From contig JBEWZL010000080.1 in NCBI GenBank assembly GCA_045837725.1, forward strand, positions 1-64,000: a stretch of 64,000 nt of DNA, in the 5' to 3' direction. The notes beneath the pieces were generated by a model that worked only from the letters and a program-made list of their open reading frames with translations, was not told the origin of the DNA and made no database searches. Below are positions 1 to 14,305 of the stretch, piece after piece (position 1 is the first letter of the stretch; the number at the start of each line of letters is the position of its first letter). This DNA comes from Vermamoeba vermiformis (taxonomy: Eukaryota). The position numbers and the translations under genes are program-made.

Positions 1-2726
1 ATAACAGTCGTACCTCAACAGCAATCAACAAACCAGCTTGGACTTCAGTTAGTTCAAAAGGAGACTTAGGAAATCCTCTGCAAATGACACGTGTCAAACA
101 TGGAGTCAAAATGTCATCACCTGTTATCTTTGCAGAAATTTCCTTAAACGGATCTGCAGTGAATACTTTTCTTACCTTTGAACACCAAAGAACAAGGCGA
201 AAAAGAAAACGATGACTATGAGGACTACGTGGACCTTGGTGTTCAAGAAGAATCGTTTGATAGGACTCGCGTTCATATTGCTGTCTCGGTCTTGTTCTTC
301 GCGCGTTTTTTCTCCTTTTTCCAAACGAGCCAAATTTTCTTTCGTGCGAGTGAGGCTAAAAATAGAAGTTCAATATCAGACCAATATCGTACAGTTAAAT
401 CATATCAAAATACTTAATTAAGGTATTGTATTACGAAGACGATAAAAAATAAGATAAATTTAGTTGTGGGTCGGATCCACCGAAAAAAAACATAAAAATT
501 TAGAATTCGATTGGGAATTAGCCTATTTAACTTACGCCATGCACAACATCATAATGTCAAATTGGTAGTATGCTAATATACTTAACGCAACGACATTAAC
601 CCAATGAAAAGTCATTTCGAGCGAGATCAAGGCGTTCACATCTGGCCCGAACATTTTATCTAAAAGCACATATTAGCTTATTAATCATCTTTATATGGTA
701 TCACTGCCATTATGATTCTTATATTCGTATGATTTATTTAAATAAAGATTCTCCATCCGTAAAATTAGATCGTGCTCGCGCGAGATAACCCGTAACAAAC
801 TTACGTAATTGAGCATGCGGAAACCATTGAATGAGAAACCAACAGATAGATATATACACTGAGTATATTTTTGGCTTGATTACTTTCGGTGTTTTAGGCA
901 AATATCGCGCGTAAGTGATCAAAAAGGCTAATCCGACTCCGGTGACCGCAGCTTCAGAAATTGTGATTATTGCTAAGCCAATAACTTCTCCTATAAGTAT
1001 AAAATGTCAGCCTATTGCACATCGATGGACAACAGAGAAAAGTCCAGATGCGATCATTGATGACTATTGTAAAAAGAGATAAAGGAAAATTTATGATAAA
1101 ATTAATTGAAATAATGCATGCTGCTGCAAGGACATTTTAAATTATAATTTACGGCATTTCAAAATTGTTAAGGTTCATTTTTCCGGTTGTGCCCACGAGA
1201 TTCGAGAACCGTGAAGTCAATTTGACCACCATCGGATAATTTTAGTGGGTTTAGTGGCCCAAAAAATATATGACGCCGTTAATTTGCTAGTCGGCTCTAA
1301 TTAAACTTTGAAATTTTTTACAGCCACATCCAGCAACGGATCTGCAGCAAAAATTGTTGCAAGCACAATACCATTAATATATATCCTGCTGCGTGATGGT
1401 TTTTTACGAAAAGAAGAGATACTAACAGAAAAAATTTTGCATGAGAAAATATACTTTTTTACAAAAAAGGAAATAGCCGGGCACAAGAAACACGAAGGTT
1501 TCTCTATTAGTAGTGCATCTTTTTGGTTGAAACTGCGGCTGTATCTTGATAATGTCGATGTACAATTGTTGTGCTTACAAGCATGTTTGAAAAACAACTA
1601 CATCCGGCCCCTGATCCTGCAGGGGTTAGCCCTTAAGGGCAAAGTATTAGCTTGTTAAATTTTGAGAGAATAGTATAACTCTCATTACGTCATGGAGTAA
1701 TACAGCAGGCACTGCCGATCTCATTTAATTCGACAGATTGCTCTCAAACAAATCTAATGGGCTAAACCTAGCTATATTGATTATAAAACATTCAAATTAT
1801 TGATAAAAACGAAGTAATTATGCAGGCAAAGCGTCAATCCGATCTTTTAAAAAATATTCGCTCCAGAAATTTTTCTTGTGTAATCAAATGCTCAAAAATA
1901 TATTGATTATTAGTATTAAAGATATTACGACTATTATTTAACGGAGCAAAATTCGCCGAGGCCTAATCTCACATCTGATCTCATAATTTGCCACAAAAAC
2001 GAGCACAGCTGTTAATTATATCTATTATACACTGCTAAAATACCCTAGATCATATACTAGCATTTGAACATCTGTTTGTTAATCACAACGGGCACGTGCC
2101 ACATTCAGATGCGATTGCCACTCACTACCAATTTTAATCTCGTTTTGCCTCATTAATAAACAATATGTGTTGCATATAAAGAGTCATTATTGACAGTGCA
2201 AACTGTCGGAACGCGCAAAAAAATCATGCCGAAATTTTCCTTTATCTCTTTTTACGGTAGTTTTTGTTGATCGTCGCTGGTCCAGATTCGCTCGTGTTCG
2301 AACAGAGATCGAATCAAAGAATTAACTACGCATCATAATTTAACGGCATGTTTATATTAATACATATTATAACCGCGTTGATTAAGTCTAATTGAATAAG
2401 TCCGCAAAATATAAACAATTGATACAATAGGCTATTTAAATTTGCGATTATTTTTGTCTTTTATGATCCACTAAGATTAATATAATCATCATATTCAAAG
2501 CATTTAATAACGAGTGAAATTGTAACATACCTATGGTCGGCGGATTTGCTCCAGGAGGCAAAGGAGCGCTTGGAATGGCATAATGGCCGACGAAAAATAA
2601 CGAAATAGTAATGACTGCTATAACAACTATTTTAACTATCAACCATTTCGTGATCTTCTGTTTCTTTTTCGGCGGTGAACCTACATTCAAGTCTCCCGAT
2701 GTTGATCGAACCAATTGAGCAGACAT
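1..2726 (-). CDS. Multi-pass membrane protein with an internally repeated His-containing TM domain (3' end runs off the window)
   Basis: Exons join in frame: MSAQ...PPTI|GEVIGLAIITISEAAVTGVGLAFL...WFLIQWFPHAQL|HKMFGPDVNALISLEMTFHWVNVVALSILAYYQFDIMMLCM|ALTRTKENL...KVHVVLIVIVFFFALFFGVQ|RGFPKSPFELTEVQAGLLIAVE. The second hydrophobic unit resembles the first. Confidence 0.7.
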
Positions 2727-3493
2727 ATTGGATATGAGTTACCGTGCTATTTAATGTACATTGAAATAAATAACAAAGCCGACAGGCTAAAACTGCAGAA
2801 TGAAATGACATTTTTGACAGTTCCGGATGTAGCAAGGTTTTTGGAAGTAGTAAACGAAAGTCCGTTATTACGATATAAGAACATACCCAAAACTCTTTTT
2901 ATATGACTATTAACGCCACTGTTACGTTACGCGTTATCCGTAACTATCCAAATGTGCTTGACATGTAGACATAGGATTGCAATCACCCAAATTTAGCTAT
3001 ATTGAAATAAACAAACATAATTCCATATTATATGACACATACTGGCGTGGGTGGAGGCGTTCAAAGAAGTCTATTGAATGGGATTGCAACACAGAAATTT
3101 CTATTCATAAAAGTCATAATTTATTTAATGTTACCTGCTGGGCAGAAAACGTACTACCGGTCGACTAGTAGCATACACTGTTCCAGCCACTGTTTGACTT
3201 GACACACGGCCCTAGAACTCGCCACCCAAGACCCCCTCCCGACCCGTACCCGGGTTAGTCTCTGGGTTAAGGTTAGGGGCACGCCCTGCTTAACGTTCAA
3301 ATTTCACAATACAAAACAATGTTATCGATTGACGAACCTAATATGACTCCCAAATGCTAAAGTTAAAAAAACGCTTGGAAAAAAGTTAAGGCTTGATCTA
3401 GATGAGTTTGTTCGGCAATGAAATTTTACTAAAATAAACATAAACAAGTTTAAAACGCAAAAAAGGGTATTGTTATTCTATATTATATACTAT

Positions 3494-5976
3494 TTACGAA
3501 TCACTCATCTGGTTCAACTCGTCAGACGTCGCGACCCTGAAAATTCTTTCACCGTTTGTAGCACTGTTGTGGTACAGATGCAGAACTTGATCAATGTCTG
3601 AGAGATCGCCCATGCTCTTCGTTAATATGTGGTCGATGGCTTCGTTATTAAACGCGTGCCTGATGCGTGTCAAAAGCGTTTTCAGTGTGTCGCCAGTGTG
3701 GATGGAGATCGCTTTGCCAACTTTCTTGCCTATCCTCTTGACGGTAATAACTATAATAAAAAATCGTTAATATGAATATACTGCATTTTAATGTTAGACA
3801 TAAAATTGCTCTTTTGAGTCGGAAGTTGGATCCGTGAAAGATCTGAGAGAAATTTTGGCGCCAACTCACTTCCCAACTTTAATATGATTATCAACTATTA
3901 AAAAGCCCCTTCAATTGCGAGCGCACGATGATGATTATAAAATAAAGGCTAAGGAATGTCTTGTAAAGATTTGAATGTGACGCGTCACTAAGCTCACTTT
4001 TTGTGAATTAATTACGCTTGGTAAAGAATAATCACCACTCGATATTATTTAAATAGAGCATATAAAAATAATTGCGACAATTTTTTTGAATATTTTAGCG
4101 CACTTACCTCCCAACAGATCGGATTGATAAATTGTTTTTTGGACTACAGGCTGTGGTATATTAGCACTCGACGTTGCAATCGGTGCTGAGTTTGATGGTG
4201 GTGAAGTCGATACAGTTGCTCCCGATGATATACTCTTGGCTTGCGTAGGATAGTCTAGAAAAAAATATCGTTCAGATCCGAGCATTAATCTTCTAACCGC
4301 CGTGTAATTATTTACAAGAATATTATTAAAAGCAATAATATGAATATCTAATGTATATTATTGCCAGAATCTAATCAAATCATAATGATCTTCGTCGTGA
4401 AAATTTAAGGCGGTTGAGTTTACTCTAGGCAGCTAAATTTCGCCGATGAATTCAACTCTCGGCAGCAATGAGGATTTGTTCGAAATTTGAATTAAATACT
4501 ATAGAATATTATAATAAGCGCAATATTATCGCTTAAATTTGTATTTGAAGTAGAAAGGCGTGAAAAAATGAATGGTGAGTTTTCATCCAAAATTATTACT
4601 CGTTAAAGCTCCGTGCATTATTGAAGTTATTGATTAGCTCTGGCAAATATATATACAATTATAATACTACTATATAATAATCCAATTCCTAGTGTGGTAA
4701 CTCGACTACGAAAAATGATAAAATGATGCGGTTGGATTTTTGTCGGATGAATTCATCAAAACCGGAGTTAAATTAATACAACCACGTAATATTATTTTTA
4801 CACTCCATATGACGAATTATTAATCAGAAAAAATACTAATAATAAATAATACCGAAACGAAATAAAGGCTGGATGGGATCCAGCGGATCTGTATAAATGA
4901 ACTTACCGCTACTATTGAAGCTATTTACAGATAAAGTGCTATTGTTCGGTTTCATCGGTTGATTGCTAAGATCGATTTGATCGCGTCGTTTCTTCCTAGC
5001 GTTCGAATCGTCCTTCAATTCACTCACGGGCACTACACTGCCTGCCATTGGTTTGATTCCGTTCAATTTGAGACCGCCAGTGCTCGCTGTAGGTGCTGCT
5101 GTTGAGCCGTGTGTTGATTGACCGTGCGTTGGTGTTGGCGATGAAGTCATTGAAGAGATTGAAGTTGAGATTGTTGTTGAATCCGGCGAATCCTCTAGCG
5201 GTCAAAAAAATATTAGTGTATATTAATTAGTATTAATTAAGTTATAGAGATGTCTCTGTTTCGGCTTCTAAGTTACGGATCTGATCAGATCAGATCTGCC
5301 GTTACACGAAGCTCAGAAGCGCATTACATCCGAATTAACATTATAAAACCTTATTTGCGCGTGTATAATACATATATAGAGCAAAATTATTATTGTAATA
5401 CGCCTTTGAATTGAAGAAATGGATCCGGCAGGTCAGATGTGATATAAATATATTCATCTAAGCATTCTAAGGACCCTATTCTATATGTATATCGTGCATA
5501 CCTTTAGAAGGAAGATTGCTAGCAAATATTTTCTTCAATTCTTCGCTTTTTAATAAATCGAAAGGCTTCTGGCCTTTATCATTGACCGCGTTCACATCCG
5601 CGCCTTTTCGAATGAGATAATCCATAACTGGGCCATTATTCGCCAAACAAGCCCAATGCAAGGCTATTTTATAGCGTTAGAAGCAATGAAAAAAAAATAA
5701 AACGCGGATCAGCCTTGGCGAATTGTCCGCATAAATACACCAAATTTAAGAATGATTTAAATATTAAATAATCGACTGTTTATGAATGGCAATGCCAATT
5801 AACAGCTAAATTATTAATTCTAATGGCGTAAAATGCAAAAAAAATCGGATTTGCATCTCGAACATACCAGTCCAGCCGTTAATGGGATTCCTCTGATTAA
5901 TATCTACACCTTCGTCTTCGACTAAATTTTGCACTCTTTCCATATTACCACAATAGGCAGCCTCTCGGATGTCCAT
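3494..5976 (-). CDS. ANKRD40-like ankyrin repeat protein
   Basis: MDIREAAYWGNMERVQNLVEDEGVDINQRNPINGWT..LHWACLANN..YLIRKGADVN resembles the ANKRD40 N-terminus. Followed by an S/T/P-rich middle and a last exon ITVKRIGKKVGKAISIH...SDS*. Confidence 0.75.
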
Positions 5977-6971
5977 CTGAATTTTGGATCATTATTATGG
6001 CATTAAATAATTTTAATAAACAATACAATGACGTTAGTAGAATTTTGTAGGTCTATATATTATTTTTTCAGCGCTTAGAATCATTTTTCAACGGATTTGG
6101 GCATTTATTAATTTGGATCGAAACGAGAAAATCTCCCGAAGAAGATTTACCATATGGTTTTAGAAATAAACTAATTTAGTTATATTATATTAATTGATTG
6201 AATTGTTATGAGCCACAATACTAACCACATGAAGCGCTGCAAATTCCAGATCCATTGTTTGTGCACGAGGGTGCTACGTTAGTTGAATATGGATACTATC
6301 AATAATAATAATTCTAAAATACAAGTTGAGGTATGGATGCTACCTTTAAGAATGAACGAAAAAAGTTTCTGACGGACGGCTGAGAATTTTTAGGCAGAGC
6401 TGATGCACCGGATCAGCCCGCCAACCTCATCTTTCCTCTGCGGGCAATGAAACTATCCATAAGATTCAACTCTGGAAATCTAACTCAATGTTGATCAGCT
6501 GTTGGTTCAGAACAGAGAAGGCTAAACAAACAACTCCGAAACGACGTCAATGACTAACAGTTAGGCCAATAATCTTTGAAAAACAAAAAAATTCATGCTT
6601 GGAGTTACGTAGTTCATCGGTAGGGAAAATTCCCTGGATAATTATGGATCTAACGTTCGGCTCCGTTGATACGCCAAAAAGCACGTCAAGTTCTGGAGAC
6701 AGCTAGTAAAGTATAGTACATTGTAATCAAGGTTCCAGTGGAGTGCTTTGATGATCGTGTTTCAATATGTAATGTCTCGAAATGTCACCAAATCAACAAA
6801 AAATTACATTGTAAATGCTTTTTTCCATGCTTTACGTTAAACGCTCACAATTCAATTAACCATTAAACTCCGTACTTATGCATTACATGCTGATCCAACG
6901 AGTATTAGGAGTTAAAAGGATGAGCTGATCTGGCCGATTGTAGTTTTACATCGAAATCAAAACAGTTTTAT

Positions 6972-8099
6972 TTACATCCAGTTGGTATCCGCATAGTTGC
7001 TATATACATATTGTACAGCCATAGAGTGTTGATACGGTACTACGACATGCCACACCGGCGCTGCTGGCGCTGACTGCATTTGCTGCATCGGTTCAAAATA
7101 CATCGGGAGTTTTTCCGTTTGTTGCTCTTCATCCGCATTGCTTTCGCTACTAGTATATGAACCTTTCATAGAGTATCTCAATACTGGGATCATGGCAAGT
7201 ATAATCACTTTGAAGGCTACGTACCTCTTTTGATAGAAGAGATGGATCTCGATACGGTGGCAATTGTAACGACTTTCAGAGCGAAATATACCGTGTATAT
7301 GATCAACTCTGATAATTTAACGTGAATAACTCTTGCTTGAATGCTTGCAACAAAGATCTCGAGCGTCGCGTGAGGCGTTCTTAAAAAACGTGGGTTAGTA
7401 TTGGAAAGCTATTATATTCGCGTAGGCGCGTATCATATATTACTAAGGTGCGTATTATGCGACATTAAACGATTTAATACGCATTACGCCTCCTTGATTG
7501 TGATTTTTAAGCGTTTCTAAATTATTGCTGCGGGTGCGCCACGCTCCCCAAAAGTAATCATAAAACTGGTTTAATCAGCCTTCTGCTGTGTGAATATGAA
7601 CTTACATATAACATAGATACATTATCGCGGCAATATGAGTGAGAATCACTGCGATAAGTTTCATTTGGATGCTCTGTTGGTATAGTTAAGAAAATTACCC
7701 GAATATTTGCTACCTTATTCGTTTAAACATATATTTAGTGATAAGGATACGAATTTTAACTGTTTCAGCTTCGTTTCAGCGGCAGATCTGTTGACAGATT
7801 AGTATTAATTGCACTTACAACTAGACAATACGGAAGCGCGATATCACTTACGTAAAGCACGCTAGTGTCATAGAATACTCTAATACCAAAATCAGCGTTA
7901 AAGAGGGATGCAGATCGAAGATTAGGATCGCGGATGGAATCAATAGTATTTCCACCAGCTAGAATGAACCGTATGAGCAAACTATTGTATCAATTACTAT
8001 TATACAACGTACCAATAATAAAGACAGCATTATTCTAGAAGTTCGAAGTACTGGTGAGGGATTGTATTCCGAATCTGTGGTCGACGTGCCTGCATCCAT
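6972..8099 (-). CDS. Small multi-pass membrane protein of unknown function
   Basis: Several hydrophobic GT-AG-bounded exons and a Q/P/Y-rich C-terminal tail; exon structure only partly resolved. Confidence 0.45.
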
Positions 8100-8465
8100 T
8101 TTGATTTGTTTAGATTTGTGGTGTCGAAGGCCGTTATGCAATTGCGCACTAATACCGCGAGTAAAAAAATTTGACATTCGTGATTGCGTTTACATTTCCG
8201 AAATTAGCCGATCGAAATCCGCGAGAATCTTAAATCTGTTGCGCAAGTTCATGACGAAGATCGCCATATAATAGCATATATCTAGTAGCGCCTGAATAAC
8301 CCTTTGCTAGCGTTTTTGTTGTGTCACGCCGCTGTACATCACGGAACTTCTCCGGGACCAATGTTGCCTCTTGAATTTGCCAAAAAAGAGATAAATTTGT
8401 TATTTATTTATACCTAAGCATAGATATGTGATTATAAAGCGTTACCGTACGAGCTCTTAGCTTCA

Positions 8466-8783
8466 TTAAACGGAAGCGGGTTTTGGACGGTCATCTCGCT
8501 TTTCCTTTGCTGCAGGCTTAATAGGACCAGTCTTCATTTCCCGAAGCTTCTTTTCGCGCATTATTTGTTCATTTTCTTCAAGTTCTCTTCGTTCTTTGGC
8601 ATATGGTGGCTCTTTGGCTTTGAGTGGAGATGAATCTTTCGGGATGTCGCCACCAGGCGCGGTAATGCCGTAAGCGCGACGTTGTGCAAATAGTGAGGTT
8701 GGGGCTGTAACGTTGCGCGTAGTTGTCGAACTAGCAGACAGCAATTTAACGAACGATCTTCGTGTTTGATTTAGCAAACTCAT
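8466..8783 (-). CDS. Small mitochondrion-targeted charged/coiled protein (possibly ATPase inhibitor IF1-like)
   Basis: MSLLNQTRRSFVKLLSASS...QRRAY is a basic, acid-free presequence, followed by PYAKERRELEENEQIMREKKLREMK. Confidence 0.5.
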   Translation of the reverse strand: MSLLNQTRRSFVKLLSASSTTTRNVTAPTSLFAQRRAYGITAPGGDIPKDSSPLKAKEPPYAKERRELEENEQIMREKKLREMKTGPIKPAAKEKRDDRPKPASV

Positions 8784-9216
8784 CTTGGTTGATTGTTTGT
8801 TGTTTCGTTTCAAAAGTATAATAGTTGGAATAATTTTGAAGCAATCTTGTTGGGCCATCAACGTGACCACTGTATCCTGACTCCAAGATATTTTTTTGGA
8901 TTTGACGTATTTTTCATAATCTTCTGACTTCTAACGCATTTTCCTCAATATTTTTCCAAATATGCACGTGTTATTGCCACACTGGGAATTATATTTGCCG
9001 CTCTACGTATAATTTTTAGCTAGCTGAAGGCTGCATCTCATCGGCTCCAGACCCCTTCCGAGCTTTATCATGGTAAGCGCTGTTTAACAGACATGATAAT
9101 CCACAAATAAATAATAAAGCTCTCACATTGATTGTGCTGCTCAGTTATGATTTTGAGGTTTTTTGTTGCTACTGAAAAAAACGGTAAAATTTCTTGCTCG
9201 AGTAAGGTGCAATAGA

Positions 9217-10957
9217 ATGAAGCACTCTTCTTCATCTTGTATATTAATATCTATTATATTGTGTATATTATTTGTATATAGTCAACAAGATAATGCGAGA
9301 ACTAAGCGCGTAAATAATCAGAACTCGAAGATCTCTGTAATTATTGACACGGACATTGGAACTGATATGGATGACTCATGGGCTATTGCTTATTTATTAA
9401 ATAGACCTGAGGTATGTTTGGTTTGCCTATATATTACATCAGAATGAATTAAATTTTGGATGTAATTAAATATCTCGCAATTAAAGGCAATAACGGCTGT
9501 ATTTTTATCCTTCCCCTAATCATGAATCGATATTATAAATATCATAAATAATATATATGATAGTTACAGCGTTAATGCAAGCCTTTTTGCGTTGGATCAA
9601 CCTATTTCTTTGTACTATCTCAGACTTGCCTTCGTACTAACGATTCTAGCTTTAGGTCGATGTAAAATTAATATTAACTGAGACACACAACACATTGGCA
9701 CGAACGAAAGTCCTTGCCAAGTTCTTGTATGAGTCTGGAAGGACGGATGTACCGATAGGCTTAGGCGTGCAACAAGACAATAAGACTGGGCCTAGTAAGC
9801 ATATTTAAATATTGGTGTTGCTCGTTCATTGTTAATTTATGCATATATTCGTAGATTATGGAGCTTTGTACCCGTGGGCTGAGTCGTTCGATCTGTCAAC
9901 TTATCCTGGCCCTTATTATCAAGATGGTATGTCTCATTTTGCAATATAGGAATATATTTAATCAGTATAATTGCTAATATAACGTAACAGGTGTTGGAAG
10001 AATGGTCGAAATCATTCAAGAATCGCTCGATCCAGTCGTACTCGTTGAAATTGCTCCTGCTTCGTAAGTTATCTCTTATAATATTTTGCCTTGTTAATGT
10101 AATCATTTTACCATATTTAGTAATTTGCCCGCTGCGTTGTCTCAATATCCAATGCTCAATACGCAAGTTTACATCGCGTCAATGGGCGGAAGTTTTTTCA
10201 CCGGTTATAACGGCAAGGCGCCAGCAGTACCTGGTAAGTATATAGGGGGCACATGATATTCGATACTTAAGGCTGTAATATTGCACGATATTTGGGTGCT
10301 GAGATCTAGCGTTTTCTTTGGAAAGAGATCCACGTACTTTATGCAATGATTTCTGGACTAATAATAATTTTTTGTAGAATACAATATCGTAGACGACATT
10401 AAGGCGGCACATTTGTTGTACTCTACGCAATGGCTTAACTTTGTGAACGCGCCACTTGATTTGACAGCTTGGGTAAGACTCGATCCAACAACTTTTCAAT
10501 CAACAACAGAAAACACCCACAAATTCATATTTAACGCTTAAAATATTATATATATGGTAGTACTAACTTAAATATATAATAGGCGCAAATAGGAGGCATG
10601 TCTTATCAAAAGTTGCTGAATTCAAGTTCGCAGATGACGCAAGTTTTGATGGAGAATTTCCGTTATTGGTTCACAAACTGCGATTGGGGACCTACCTCTG
10701 GTATATTGCCTATTAATCCAGCCAATATCTCTTCAACATTGCACGATCTGGTCACCGCTAGTTTTGTCCCGTTGCTTTTCGGTTCAAATCCGAACGGCAC
10801 TCCAATGGCGTTTTTCCCTAAATGGACCACTGTTACTGATAAGGGCTATACTAATATAGTCAAGCAAGGCTATGCTAATAGCACACTAGTCTCGCAAGCG
10901 ATGAATTGGGACAACTATCAGATGTGGGTCGATGATGTCGTCAAAACTTTGCAGTAA
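9217..10957 (+). CDS. Secreted inosine-uridine-preferring nucleoside hydrolase family protein
   Basis: Hydrophobic N-terminus, IIDTDIGTDMDDSWAI (DxDxxxDD motif), MGGSF, EYNIVDD, APLDLT, LHDL. Confidence 0.9.
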
Positions 10958-11286
10958 TTTTTTTGCTGTCGTTGTAGCTTAAAATAGATCTCTATCGTAG
11001 AAAAGGAATAAAATTGCGATCCTTCGCCCGTCTATTCGAAATTACAGGACAGTTTTTTTGGAGAGGATCGATTTTAGAGTTTGGAGGGTGCAGTACAAAA
11101 ACAAGATATACGATGAGAAAGCACCATATTGTAATACGTTTAAATGTTGTACAGCTGTTGATTTTGCGATCTCGGTGGTTCATGAATTTTCAACTTTTGT
11201 GGCGCTTGAAAGATTTTTATGCAGCTTGATTCTGGACAGTTTTAAAGTTTAATATTTATAATAAGAGCACATAACGACATAGAAAA

Positions 11287-12235
11287 ATGTCTAAGCAGAT
11301 TATTAAGATCAGAGGTGAGCATAACAACCAGATTTTTTTAGATGCGTGGAAAACTTTGATTCTGCGTCTGATTATTCGTATTAGCAGTAAGAGAAGTCTA
11401 ACATAATATTAATTTAGTTCTTGGTGCTAAGGATCTCAAGAAGAGTGGATTACCTGGTAAATAAAAAAATACAAAATATTCAGAAATAATTTTTGTAATA
11501 TTCACTAATAATTTGCTGTCGTTTGCCTGCGGAGCTATTATATATTGCATATCATAATACGCGATGACAAATTGTATTTTAAAATTTGAAGCGAGATTTT
11601 TTGAGATTTTTTCTGGATCTGCTTTCTTCTGGAATAAAATTCGCAAGACATGATGCTAAATATATTACTATTTTAGGAAAACCCAATACTAAAGTAATCA
11701 TTAATTTGGACGGTCGAGTGCGAGAAACAGCAGTTATTAAAAAAGATACTTCTCCGTCATGGAACGAGACATTTGAATTGTAAGAAGAAATCAATGCTAT
11801 TATACTAATACTAATTGTTGTTATAATATAATATTGGTATTAATTTTAATATTTGATTAGCGAATATTTGCCCAAAGACAAATTCGACGATATTTTTTTG
11901 CACGTTGAAGTTAAGAACAGCGATCTTGGTTTCTTAGTAAGTAAAATACGCAGTAACTTGAAAAATTATCGGATCCAGCCAAGTGCAATTTTTTTTTTGT
12001 TGAGCGGCTCATTATGATCGAACTAATATCACTATGCGGTACTTTGATAACAATAGTATTAATGAATATTATCTTTGTGCAGGATTCTAAGATTGGAGAG
12101 TGCAAGATCCCGATGAAAGATTACGTCGATGAAAAAGAACAAGAAGAGTGGTTCGTGTTGAAGAAAAGTGAAAAGTCTGATAAGGCCACTGGTGAAGTGC
12201 AATTAGCTTTCAGCATGGAACGCATTAACAAATAG
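11287..12235 (+). CDS. Single C2-domain protein
   Basis: IKIR|VLGAKDL...ETAVIKKDTSPSWNETFE...IGECKIPM...EEWFVLKK...GEVQLAF across about 5 exons. Confidence 0.85.
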
Positions 12236-12446
12236 AAAAGGCAATCGTGTTGTTTCACTGAAAGATTCGTTCACTGAAAATCATCGCGCCAGAAATTAAT
12301 GTTTTATTTATTAGTTAATTATTATTGTTATATTATAAAGCTGTTAATAAAATAATGTAAATTTTATTATTGACAACCTAATCGCTCGATTTATCATTCG
12401 TACATCCAAAAAAGGTTACGTTAACTTTGCGAGAATTTGACGATTT

Positions 12447-14006
12447 CTATTTTAGGAAATCTACTTCAATTAAGTACATGTCATTGTATCTCTTTCGATG
12501 CGCTTCACCGCCAAAGAAAAACAATTGTTTGTTGTTGTACGCGAGAACTGTTTGATGGCCACGACCAATCGGCTTTTTTCCAGTAATTTTCACCTTCGTA
12601 TTATTGTTATTTGTAGTTAATACGGTCCAATTTGATGCTTTTTTGTCATAGATCATCACTTGTACGTCATCGAAGAATAGATCTTTGTGTGTTTTCGTGC
12701 TGTACCAGTTGCCGTACATAAACAACATCATTGGTCGGCCTTCATTATCTACCATATTAAAATTAATGATATTTTATCATTTTTAATGCCAAAAAAAATG
12801 AACTTAAAGCAAACCAAGAGAATTTTTTGGATGTGATAAAATTTTTACGTCAAATGTTATTTTATGCTAATATAATACGAGGCTTGCCAATATGGCTTAA
12901 CAAGTATATTCATGTGATTAAAGGTTTGAGTTTGACACGTACCTTGTGACATGATGACACTTTGACGGTTTCTGGCGTGCGGCAGTTCGTTCATTGGCGT
13001 GCTAAAAAACAATTCGTTCCATTCACGACGATCAAAATGAAATTCCCAGAAATCTCCGCAATAATGCTCGTTATGTCCGTCCCACCAGTACCCGCCAGAA
13101 ATAATCATTCGATTTTCTAGCACAACCGCTGCGTGCCAACTTCGGCCAATTGGCTTTGCTTTTGGTTGATGGTACCATAATTCCCATTCATAAGTATCCA
13201 AATTTAACGCCCAAATGTCATTTTGGTACACGCTGTGATATTAAAAAAATATCAGCGACCGAACTGTGAAAAAATTGGATCCGCTTACGTTTTATCATCG
13301 CAACCACCATGTACGACCATATAGTTCTTATATAGTACACTAATACCAGCGTGTCGAGGTGTTGGGACGTCTTTTGCCGCTGAAGGCGCCTTGATCTGTT
13401 TCCATTCATTTTTCGTCAGATCCAGCTCCCACACGTCATTCAATTTCGCTATTGATATTCGATTAATATATATCGCCCTATTATTCAGTATATAGAAGTA
13501 TTGATATTATACCTGTTACATCTTGACCGCTGAAAATAATCCACTTATTATTGTATTGAACGCCAGTATGATTGTGTCGTGCTGAAGGTTCATTCTTGGC
13601 ATTAATTTTCTCCCAAACGTAATTTTTCAGTGAAAATCGCCAAAGATCGTTCGTGTAGACGCGTCCTTTGCCGACAATTCGACCTGAAAATTACATCCGT
13701 CAAATACTTTTTAAAACGAATTAATGCTATTAAAAAACTATAGTTAAATTAATAGAAAGACAAGTCTAAGGTTTAATAGTGCATCAAATTAATTATAATT
13801 AAAATAAATCAAAATTGAAAACGTTTTCAAGTAAAAAGCGAAATAATTATAAGAATTCAACATTGACTATTTTGTAACTTACCTCCAAATACATAATAGT
13901 GATCATCATATATAGTGGCTACATGGCCCTGACGGGGAGTTGGGGTTGGATCTGCTGCGTACAGATGCGAGAATTTAATGGATAAAGTTTCAGTGTTGTG
14001 CTCCAT
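12447..14006 (-). CDS. Kelch-repeat beta-propeller protein
   Basis: Repeated PxxRxxH...GG...NDxW motifs (PTPRQGHVA..YVFGG, PSARHNH, GRSWHAAV..IISGG, GRGHQ..FFGG). Confidence 0.9.
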
Positions 14007-14305
14007 GATGCTATTTACAAATAATAGTTAAGGTACTGTTGCGACTACTATTTACAAGCTATAAAATGACCGACGAGTGCCACCAATTAAATTGTTTTGG
14101 GTTGAGAAAAGTTTGGTAATTATTTTGAGCGAACTTTTTGGCTCGTTAACGTCAACAACACGTGGCTTATTTAACATGGGACTTGTTGTATTTATCACAA
14201 AAAATAAGCAAAGATACAAGTATAAAGCTAGATCAATTACTTTTTTGTTGGCTTCGCCTATCAATTTCAATTTATTTGCTATTTGATATTATTGTAATTA
14301 TTGCA

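Noticed and set aside
3225-3290. Telomere-like GGGTTAG/GGTTAGGGG patch in a GC-rich island
   Set aside because: Only 2-3 degenerate units, no array and no flanking TIR or TSD found.
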